Below are positions 9,142 to 21,100 of a stretch of 64,000 nucleotides of DNA, piece by piece (position 1 is the stretch's first letter; each line of letters starts with the position of its first letter). The stretch covers positions 1,159 to 65,158 of the forward strand of contig CALVYQ010000002.1 of the NCBI GenBank assembly GCA_944372335.1, read 5' to 3'. The DNA comes from an uncultured Clostridia bacterium. GTDB taxonomy: Bacteria > Bacillota > Clostridia > Christensenellales > UBA1242. A program made the position numbers and the translations under genes. The notes under the pieces are model-generated. The model did not search any database. It was given only the letters and a program-made list of their open reading frames with translations, and was not told where the DNA came from.

Positions 9142-12100
9142 CAGCCCACCTCAACATTGAAGGCTAAAATTATAACATTTCTCTCCTCTGGTGTACCTGT
9201 CTGAGAATTGACAAGTGCCTTAACCATAAATGCATAGTCGCCGTCACCTGAAATTTCCACTTGATAATTATCATCGACTCTTGTTAAACCTGTCACGCTG
9301 TCAACGGTCGTTCCGATTTTAGCTGATAATCTTGAATGGAGTATATCTTTGTCAAAACTAAGTTTAACTGTTCCGTTCTCATAGACAACGCTGTAATCGA
9401 CATTGACAATGTTCTCTTCTCCAATCACATCAGCCGTTGGATAGCCTACAATGGTTGCAGATATAACCGCTCTTGTGATGATTCCAGCAGAATTTTCCGC
9501 TTCATAGTAAAATTCTTCTCGTATTACAAAAGTTGTGCTAGCTACAGAGAGTCCGGTTAACTCGTCTGTTGCCCTATCATTTTCGATTAGGTATAATTTT
9601 GAGCTAACCACATCGGTCAGGCCTAAGCCAGCATTTATTTTCTCTTTCAAAGTGTCAGCGCTAATAGCCGTTCCACTGAAATTATTGATGATGATATTTA
9701 GATTGTTAGTTCCTAAATTTATTGTGTTTGTAGCAAGTATATAAATCGTTGCTTCAAAATCAGGATTTGAGCTATCTTCTGCAATTAACTTGATAAAGAA
9801 ATAGTCATAGTTGATGATAGGTTCCAAAGGCGTGAAGGAATATGGTGTCACAATATTCTCTCCACCTCCCGTAGATAACACAAGATTTCTTTGCAAGATG
9901 TTTAATTTAGAAGCAATCTCAGCTCTAACGCTACTGAGCAAAAGACTAACTTCGCCATTTTCTCCAGATGTTACAGAGTTTAATCTGAACACGCTGTCTA
10001 AGTCTATTGTATTAACGCTTTTATCTTTTAAAATCGTTATATTAAAGATGTAGTATGAGTTATTCACATTATATAGGAATCTTCCATTCATCGCACTTGT
10101 ATTATCACTTGGTGGAGTGACACTTCCTGAAAGAGCATCACCAATGCTATTATCATCTAAAATCTGATAGATAGCTCCTGTCGATGTTATAGTCACGCCA
10201 TTATTTCCAAGTATCTCATTAAATTTATCCTGCAAATCACTGACGATAACACTGCTTTGTGTTGTTATCGTGTCAGTATATGTTCCAAGTGAGCAGTGGA
10301 AGTTGATGGTTATTTGATAGTAGGTATCGTTTATGTTTACATAGAAATCTTTATTGATTAAACCATTAATTGCCGTACTCGCAGAAAGTTCAATAACAGA
10401 TTGTGAAACTATATCTCCAGCTTCAAAGACATACCAATTTGCAGAGCCTACCATAGACAATCCAAAATGATTGATAATTAATTCGTTGAGGTTAGAGAGA
10501 GCATAGCCTGAAGAGTAGTTTGTTGCCACATCAAAGGTCGCACTATTATTGTAGTAGTAGAATGTGAAGATATAATATCTATAACTTACTTTTTCATCTA
10601 CAGGTGTCTCAAGCAAGAAGTTGATGTTCGCACGATTATCGTCAAGTGTACCCATATCAATCTCGCCCTCTGCTGTTATCATTGTCATGACATTGTTTGA
10701 AGCCAGTTGATAGAGTTTATAGTTAGATTCATCGTAACTTGTACTCTCACTATACTCTTCTTTTAGCATGCTTGCTATAACCTCTTCTCTCGTTACAGCA
10801 TCATGATACCACAAAAGTCTATCTTCATTTTCCGTGCTGTTGTAGATGTAATATTTCACATTGTTTTGTGTTACCTTTCCGCTTGCATCTACCACATAAT
10901 AGGTTCGCTCAGCCATGCTGTATGCCGTTTCAGTGAGCGATTCATTACGCATATTGTTAAGGTTGTTTTCACTATCTATCGAATAGACGGAAGTTGCATC
11001 GGTGAAGAGGCTGAATAAATCATAATTTGTTCTTGTTGTCAATGCCACATCATAATCATAGCTCTCTCCGGCGGTATAGAAGAACAAGGTGATTTCATAA
11101 TAGGTAACTGTTCCATTATCTACACTGATAACATTCACTGTTTCGACTTTTGCTTCGCTAGAGTTAAGCGATGTCTTTGTTACCTCAGCACCATTAGAAA
11201 GAGCTTCATCACCAAACACACCCTTTTCGACGTCTTCTGCTAGATATACCGTTCCTCCTAGAAAGGCTAAAGTCTGATTGTAAGTATCTGTTCCAACAGC
11301 GAGCGCCTTATACTGCACGTTGTTGTCGTTATAAGCAATGACGGTTGTTGGAGTTGCACTATAGCTTATTGTTGTGTCATTTACATAACTTTCAACAATG
11401 ATGCTTTGATATTGTTGAGCAGTCGAATAGGTGTAGCTATCCTCATTGTTCCAATTGCTATATCTATCACTTGTGTTTTCCTTAACAATTCTAAATGAGC
11501 TATTTGAACCGGTTGAAGATAAGTAGTCTGCAAAGTATATCTGCTCTCCCGCAGGAACAACAATTGTTTTTTCGTCATTAGTCTCTATCCCTCTAGCGGT
11601 TACTGTTGCATCACCAAAACCAAAAGCAGTGACAGTTTCACCATCATTCAAGGTCACAAGTGCATTTCCTTCGAGAGTGTATATTCCACTTTCACTATAT
11701 GTTACTAGGCGCCCTTTTTCTTCTGAATAGGCGTTCAAATGGAATCTAACCGTGCCAAGTTCAATGCCAACTTCATCTTCAAACAAGCCATCAGCCCCTG
11801 CAACGTGAAGCGTCACATCAATTTCAATATAGTTTGTGTTGATATTGAAAGTTGTGCCGGTGGTTACCGTTCCCATAGAATCTACACTAGCTCCCCTAGC
11901 CGAACTGCCGTCAGTCGAGATAGAGTAAGAATAGTAATATGGACGATCAGAAATTGGAGCACTGTTATTATTAGCTCCATCGCTACCTACTGAATATTCA
12001 AGATCTCCTGCCCATTCTGATGCTGAGATGACATAGTAGGTATATGCGTCACTACCAGTTCCTCCTGACACACTGTAATAGTTACTTACTCCAAACTCAG

Positions 12101-15100
12101 CGGTGGTTGTTATGCTGTTAGCTAAGGTGTAAAGGCGAACACTGTGGTTGCTGTGATAAAACTGTTTACCTTCTTCTATTAGCGTATAGAATCTTCTTGT
12201 TGTGTAGTTTTGAGAATTAAGCTCGCTTGTACTTTCAACTCTAAGAGTGATTGGCTTTGTAGCTATTGATTGAATGTTACCAAGCGTTGCATAGTTATTC
12301 GTGTTAAATGTTTTACTATTATAATCAGTATTACCATATCTAAAGGTCACACCCTCAGGCAACTCCTCGGAATTTAGATGGATATAATATGTGGCATTTG
12401 GCTCCCATTTAACGCCTACGGTGGAAATTCTGACATATTCAACATGAGTATAGTTTCTGTTATTTGAAATTGTTGTGAACGAGGTTGGCGTAGCTTTGTC
12501 ACTTGTTATTGCATAGCTTACCTCAGCACCCGGCTCAAGCACAATTTCCAAAGTATCATTATAGACTTCATTACCATTATTGGTAAATGATTTTCGGTTT
12601 ATCTCTTGCGTGTCGGTGAAGTTGGTTGTAGTCAAAGTGGTAGCTTGACTTCTTGATATATTAAGATTGATTCTAAGTTCGGCACTGCCAGAATCTGATG
12701 TAAGAGTAATCACCATTGTGACTCCATCAATCACCATATCTGTGCCATATAGATAACCCGGCAAAGTTGGAATTTTGAATTGAGAACCACTATTATCTTC
12801 ACTATCTATTGCACTGTAGCCTGTGACCAAATCATCTTCATTATTAATCATATATCTTTCTGCTGTGATTAACTTATTTGAAGGACTGTTGCTTGTAAAT
12901 GTAGAATCATATTGCTCGGAGTTATAACCATCTGCCTCTTTCTCCACGCCGTTATATTCAAAGGTTATTGAAGAAATTTCTACATCGTTGACATTGGAGA
13001 TGTGGTCACCAAAGATGCTATGGCCTTCAATATATGGTATCGCATCAATCTCTTCCGTCTTGTTATACATATAAGCTTCAAAGCCGGAAAGTGTTATGTT
13101 TAATCCACCGACATTTGTGTTAAAGGTAGGATTAATATACTCTGAGTCGCTGTGAAGTGGAGAAAGCACTTGCTCGTTATATCGCACGGTGAATGTGCCA
13201 TCTTTGGTGAATGTGCCATCTTCAGAGATTGTAGGTTCACCAATGTAAAGTATTGCAGAGTTATTTGTCGCTTCCCAATTTGCTACAACATCTTGATAAC
13301 TATCTGTCAAATAACTTTCTCCGTTAACATCAATATAATAATATCTAATCGCTCCAACCTTTGGTGATATTGTTGGTGCATTTTCACCGCTAACATTCTG
13401 TAAATCATAGGCATAATAGTAATTGAATTCAATTCCTGACTCACCACCACCCTCATCAGCCACTGCTCTGCCCTGTTGCAAGGTTATTAATCTATATTGA
13501 GCACCTATCTGTATGATATCTCCCTCATTGACATCATAGGTGTTGACTTCTTGCACTGTCGGATTGATTGCTGCTCTTATTGCTATATAGAAGCGAATAT
13601 TGAAGCCGAAACTATCCACAGCATCGATATAATAATATCTTGCACCAAGATCTATGCTGTATGCAGTAAAGGAAATGGTTGATGCAGTCAGATCAGCGTT
13701 TGCAGTATATACTTTATTGTCTGTGCTTTTCCAATTATTTAATCTAAGACCCTCTGTGCTAGTGGTATCATAGGTGTTATAGCCACTTTCAGCATTGACA
13801 TTGAAGGTGTAGGTAAATCTATTTGAAAGGTTAGTCGAATTTGTCACTGTTCCGCTTCCATTTGTTCTATATACTCTAAGAACCGGCGTAACATTGGTAG
13901 CGGTTGAATATAGGTAATATTGTCCATTTCCTGTTCCACCATCATTAGTATCGGCATTGATTATATTGAATGGATTGTTGCTGGAGTTTGTGGAATAGTT
14001 CTTATCACCAATCGTCATATCATTGCCATATATCGTTCCACCTGATGCACTTTCTGCGGTGAACTCAACTTGATATGCTGGAAGCACTTTGAACAGTAAA
14101 TCGGCACTCTTGCTGTAAGGATTTTCGCCTATAACTGTTGTGTATGTGAGTTTCATGGCGACAAAGTTTCCAATATTTCCTGCCCCTTGTGCATAAATTG
14201 TATAGTTATTTGGCCTTTGAGCTGTTCCTTGCGATGTAAGTGTGAGGAAGTTAGAGGTTATGCTTCCTGAATTTTCATTAAGTTCCATACCATATCTAGG
14301 AATAAGCCCCGTATCAAAGCGTTGCCCTTGAGCAACAGTTGCCGTTCCATTTTTTAAGCCTTCATGAAGGTTAAGTAAATCTTCTTCTTCAATTTTATTA
14401 TCACTAAATCCATAGATTTGAAGTGTTAAGTATGCATTGTTTGCCTGTATCTCACTTGCAGTGTAGGTCTCTCCCGTTTCAGCATTCAAAATGCCAAAGC
14501 CTGAGAGCGAAAGGAGAGATACTTGTTGCCCTGTTATGATTTCTTCATAGTGATTTTGAACGCTACTTGTCACCTCAAACTTAACAGTAAGAAGAGTTGT
14601 GAAGGTAGCATTTGTTTCATATAGTCCACTTTCATAAGAGTACTTATATAAGATGTTTTGTGTCTGTTTGGTCTCTATTTTATTTGTTATTGTCACTGTT
14701 TCCATCTCTTCGGTAGCATCATCCTCCTGCAAGTAGATAGAAGCCACTTCTTTTGCTACTTCATAGCCGGCATATCTAAGCACAATTCTATTTGTTAGAT
14801 ATGGCACTTGCAAGAAGATTGTTGAGGTGTTTGTTATGGCATTTGTCATGTTTAAGGCATCATTTTCGCTATTATATACGCCTTGCAAGCTGTAACCACT
14901 ATAGGAAGCTCCCATATCCTCAACAACGACGATGCCGGAATCTTCCACTGTTATACTGTGGATAAAGTTCTCTGTTCCGTTTTCAAATCTTAGATAATAA
15001 CTGCCAGAAGCACCTGTGTTAAATTCATATTTCAACATTCTGTCTAGAGAATATAGATAGCTGTCAGTAGCTCCTGCAATATCCTCGACATATATCCTTT

Positions 15101-18100
15101 CGTAATTATTTTCAACTAGATTTGTGGCGTTTGTTTCCACAGTCACAACGTTATTGTTGTTGATTGTGACATAGTAGTAATCTGTCACTTCATTTACAAC
15201 AATTGAAAAGGCAATGGTTCCAACTTGGCTGAGATTATTCAATCTAAACGTGAAGCTATAGTTCGGCATATCACCCGTCCTATTTGTCACACTTCCAACA
15301 AGTCCTGCTGAGGATATTGTGGTGTTGTCAACCGTCAAAACTGCGTTGTTAATTTCATCAACATAGATAGCAATATCGTAGTAATACTCACCTTGTCCAA
15401 TTTTTTCTATGCTTACACGATTATCTACTTCACCATCACCATTAGGCTTTGAGAATTTTGGAGCTGAATTAAAGTAGTTATCAATTGTTTCGTTATTGTC
15501 AACATATTCACTTGTGAAGTTTGTGGTAGTTAAATTCTGTGGATTTGGATAATTAAAGTGAAGTGCAACATTTGGTTGAACCTCATAGTTATACATGATC
15601 GTAAATGTAAACATCGTCTTATCATTAAAGATGTAATTTAAAGTTAAGTCTAAAACAAAACTTTCTGCTTCAGCAACATTTTCGGCGGTAAACTCGTATT
15701 GCGTATCGTTGTTTGAGAAGGTAAATTCATCAATTTCGGCAAGCCCCACTACTCCCTCTACACCGTCATTTACATATTGACGTGGATCAAATATGCTAAG
15801 AGCATCTGAGATATCTGCGCCACCTATCTCTAAAATATTGCTGTCTTGAGCGTAAATAGTTAGGCTACTATCCTGTCTTATAACTGTGTTATCATAGCTT
15901 CTAGTAAAGTTGATGTTGAATGTAAAGCTGTAAATTCCATTTATAGTTGCCTTAATATTTGCTGTGAAGTCTTCATTAAAGCCTGTCACACGGAAGACTT
16001 TATCATCTGTAATCACAATAAAGTCTGAAGCCACAAACGTTTTGCTGGCATTATCATAAACAACATTAGAAGCTGTTGTTATTGAGGTTACTTCATATTC
16101 TATATCAGATAAATTGACAACTGTTGGCTGTTCGCCTTTTTGCGTTATGCTTGTGATAAAGGAAGAGATGCTATAGTCGTTTCCACTTTCGAAGCTTCCA
16201 CTTAATTCGTCTCTAAATTCTATATCGTATCCGCCGTCTAAATTGAAGAAGATATCAAAGACATTGGTGTATTCTGTGTAAATTCCTATAGAGAAAACTG
16301 CATCTTCTTCAATCTCGCTGACTGTAGTAAAGGATAGTTCGTATTGCGAACCAGTTTGAGTAAATGTAAAATATCGAATATCGTCATTTCTTATATAATA
16401 GGTAGCACCCTCTTCTGTTGTCACTTCCTTATATTCGCTTGCAGAAAGTGTTACCTCTCCAATTACCACATCTTCCGCTAAGTCTTGCACTGTAATATTG
16501 GCAAAATCGATGGTATTGTCGGCAGTATTAAAGATAGTTGTTGGTCCGGCAGATGTGTAGGCATTGATTGGATTGTCGTCAGAAATTTCACGCAAGAATG
16601 GCTTTAAGTATTTCTCGCCGTCTTCTGAGGTTATGTGAGCGTTAACTCCTGAGATAACAGGCGTTTGAATTTCTCCCTCATTTTGAAGAAGAGTGATAGA
16701 GTAACTATAATATGTGCCAATCGTTACATTATCTTCAAAATTGCCGTCTTCGTTTTGTGTCAAACTATCACGGTCACCGCCATCAAGATTTTTAACTGTT
16801 GGGTCATAAGATGGAGCATTATTGATTATCAAGGTGTAAGTTTTTGCTGAATTTGCCACATCTTCTATTGTCCTTGTCACTTTAATTTGAATGATAGCAT
16901 CTCTTCCAAGTTCTGTGAGAGTGCCCTTTAGTTTTCCGTCTGGAATTTCATTATTTTCTAAATTGAAAGTGAGATAGTTAGAGTAATCGAAAAGTTCCTC
17001 GTCATTCACCGTGACACTCTCTATTGTGTAAATGTAATTTAAGCCTTCTACAACACTTTCGTCTTCAATATTGATTACACTTGGGAAACGTGTCTTTCCA
17101 ACAACACTTAATGAGGCATTTTGGCTGGTAAATTCTTCTTTGAAATTAATATTGAACTTTCCGTCAACTATATCTGTGACATATTCTGCCGTGCCGTTAT
17201 ACGGATATGTGACATCGCTTTCAAAACTATAATTTGGCACAATCCTTATCCTATAATATATATCATTGCTAAGTTGTTGCCCACCACTTACAGTCATTGT
17301 CAGAGTAAGTTTTAAAACAGCGAACACATCAACATCTAAATCTATCATCGAATTAAGTTTGATAGCATCATTTATATCAGAAATATCACTTGTTTTGATT
17401 ATTGTGATCAAATCTTCATAGCCCTCTGTCACTGCTTCCACTTGCAAGTTATATCCTGTTGTTGTTATTTCATTTCCTGTGTTTTGTAGTAAATGGAAGC
17501 CCGGCTCTGTTAAGTCCTCATCGCTAGCATCACTAGTATTAAAATATATAATTTTTAATACGTTTTGGCCGGCACTTATATCCTCTTTTATATTATTTTC
17601 AACAAGGTCATTCATATTGCCGGTTATGATATCATAAGGATAATTTTCGCTATATACAACATATTCAAGCCCAATTCTTGTCAATCTTGTGTCAACTATG
17701 ATTTTATCTGTTTTTTCAGTTATGGTATTATTTGTGAAAGTCAGAACTCCGTTTATATTGAAGCTTGATAAGTTTTGTACTCTGATTGTTTCATTGTTTG
17801 TAGTGCTTTGAATGCCTGAGCCTTGGTATTCATACGTCCACCCGTCAAGCTCATATTGAGTATTCTCAAGCAAAACAAGCTCATATCCATCACTTGTGGC
17901 AAGCACGCTATAGTTTCTTGTCTCTCCGACAGCATAACCAAGGATAGTGTCAATGAGCTCTGATGCTCCAGCACTTCCAGATTTTCCATAGCCCACTCTA
18001 AATGGCAATGAGCTGACATATCCATTGTTAACATATCCGTTCTCTCCTTCGCTGAACATCAAAGCAAAGGCATCTTCTTCGCTTACTGCATCATTTTCTT

Positions 18101-21100
18101 TAAGAACAAGCGAAATATTGTTTTCTATTGTTGCACCAAGTTGAGCAGAAAAACTTTCTTTTGTACGTGATAATGTGTTATCTGAAAGAGAGATAAGAGA
18201 ACCGTCTTCAGAATGATAGGTAAAGGCTAGCTCTGTCTCTGTCTCTAAAACAGGCAGGCCATCACCGTCCGCACCGCTTCTTATATAGTCAATTAAGTCA
18301 GTTGCCCTGCAAAGCACATAATACGAACTTAGGTCTGTATCTGTAAGCGAGTCTGTATCTGTAAGTGAGTAAAGGTTAACATAGTCATTCCTTTGAACAT
18401 AGGCATAATTTGGACTCAAAACAAAATCCACCATGATAGATAGGCCATAAGGATTATAGCCTTTATAATAGAAAGTAACAGAACCGATCTCTTTGCTTGT
18501 AACATCTTTGAAGGTAATTCCGCTTCCGCCAAGCAAAGTAGGAGTGGTTCCTACTGGCTTTTTTTCTTTTACAATGATTCCTGTTGGAGAGGAAACATAT
18601 AGATTGCCATTCCATCGAGTCGAGCTCTCTCCTGTGTTGCCGTTTCTTATATTGGATATTGGTAGATAAGTGTCTAGGCTAAATGGATCGTCACTGCCTT
18701 CATCACCAAAAACTCTCACCTCATCGTTATCTCCGTATAGAAGATAGTCAGAATATCCTTTTTCATTTGCATAGGTTTCAAGAAGTGGAGAATAGTCGAT
18801 ATTTTTCTTTAAAACAAGCTCAAGTTTAAGGTTTACAAGTCCACTTTCGTCTGTGATATCAAATACAAGTCTCACATCTCTAGCTAAAGCGGAAATCATA
18901 GCGAAACTATATATTGGGTCAGTGTAACTTTCAACAAGATTAGCGTTGATAGTATTTTCTGTAGCGTTAGCATTGCCAAGCCCGATAATTCCATTGGTTA
19001 TTCCGTTCTCCGTTTCCTCACCATGTACCAAGAACAAACTCTCGAGGTCGCTAGTGTCAAAACCTGTCATATCCGCTCTATTTAGAGTGAAAGTAACATC
19101 AACCGGCTCTTCAACCGGCTTTTCTCCGTCTTCACCGTCTCTATTAACTTTTCTATTAACTTTCACAAGGTTGTCCATCAAAATGAAATCGTTGTCTATA
19201 AGATACTTTTCAATGGTAATTGTTCCGCCATCTTTTATATCCCATTCTTCATATATTGTTTCCTGCGATGGAACTCCGTCTGTCGGGTCATACCAAATTG
19301 ACGATACTCCTTCACTTTGAACGGTGAAATATATTGGAGCTAGAGAGGCACTTTCCGTCATACCGGCATTTCTATAGGTCGCTTGAACCGTGGTGGTAAT
19401 TACCCTCCCATCGGTGGATAAAAACTGGGTGATTGCGTTGTTTGTTATTGTTATAACTCTATCTCCGGTTATTGGAACTTCGCTTAAATTATAGGAAGCC
19501 ACATTTGTGCGAATAATCTTACCCTTCGTGTCATAGAGAATAACGGAAAGACGATTGTTTAATTCCTCAATTGCGATACTATCAGTTTGGTCCGGCCAAG
19601 TTATCGTCTGCCCCTCTAGATTAAATATCACATTTATAGGGCTAAGCTCGTCTGTTGGATAGGTCATTGCTTGTTCTTCGTTTGCCATAAAAGCATATTC
19701 TGCACTTGCCACGCTCTGTTTATAGAGAGTGAAAGATTGTCTTGCTCCGCCATATTCAACATTCACTGCACTTTCCTGCACACGCTTGCCGTTGTTATAG
19801 ATGAGATATGGCGTCAAATTAACTCCTTCAACATTATTGAAAGACTCGTAAACAACGATATCTCCTGAAAATCCAGTATCTGAGATGGTTATATCTGAAG
19901 AAGTAACAATATAGTCTGCAACCTCGCCGGTTGAAGTTTCTCTAAATTCAATTCTAAGGTTGCCAGCATTATATAAGTTTAGAAGTTGGTCTCTGCGTGT
20001 TTCATCAATTGTGATATTAAATCTGAAAGAGTCCTCACTTGTTAAAACTGAAGGCAACAATATTTGGTTATTGTCAAGATATGCCTCATTCACGCTTGAA
20101 GTTAAAACTAAAGTTTTGTTTATTTCATTAAGAGGAATTGTCGCTTCAATTTCCAAACTCTTGATGTCACTTATCATCATAATAGAATATTTCCAAGTTC
20201 CATCATCTTCTTGAAGAACAAGTTCTCCATCGGCATTTGTTCTGACTGTGGCAAAAACAAGATAAAGTGTATTATCATAGCCAGAGAGCGCTGTTAGGTT
20301 AGAGCTTGGAAGTTCGTAAAGATAGATATCACCGCTTGGCAATCCACTGATATTAAAATCTGTGCCGTTTTGATAAGTATATCCATTCCCTAGTGAAATT
20401 GCGTTAAATTCAGCAGGCATTTGGCCTCCACCTTCAAACATCAAGAAATATCGTGTTGTCTGATAGACATTCTCGCTTGGAAGATTGATAAGTTCGCTTA
20501 GTTCTACGCTGTCAGAGAGCTTGCTGTCGCTATCATAGATAATTCTTAAAATATCCGTGCCTTCCTGCCAAGATATATCACTCTCCACACTGTTTTCAAA
20601 GGTAACAGTGATATGGGAAAGGGTTTCAAACTCTTGTTCTTCCGCAAGGAAAAGTTCATATTCTCCCTCTCTTTCAAGGAAGAGTGCAACGATAAAATCT
20701 GCGGTGGTCTGACTGTCAGAGGAAAGGCTATAGTTATAGTTTCCAGCAGTGCCTCCAACATTCCTTGACGGTAAGAAGAAATAATAGACAATTTGCACTA
20801 CCTCTCCTTCGCTTGTCACATTAGGTAAAGTTGGCATAAAGCCGGTTGATGATGCTGCGATTGATTCAATTTGACCAGAAGTCAATCTCTCTATTGTGCC
20901 GCTTAAATTTCCTTCTTCGTCATAAGAAAACTCATAGGAATAATTGTTAATTGAGTCAGTATGCCCAGTTGCGTTAATTGTCACCTTTAAGACTTCCCCA
21001 CCTGAGAGTATAATTCTGTTATTATTTGTGTTGTTGGAGCTAAGAGCTATTCCAACACCTCCTGCATAGACGGAATTTAGGATATTATCCTCTTCATCAC

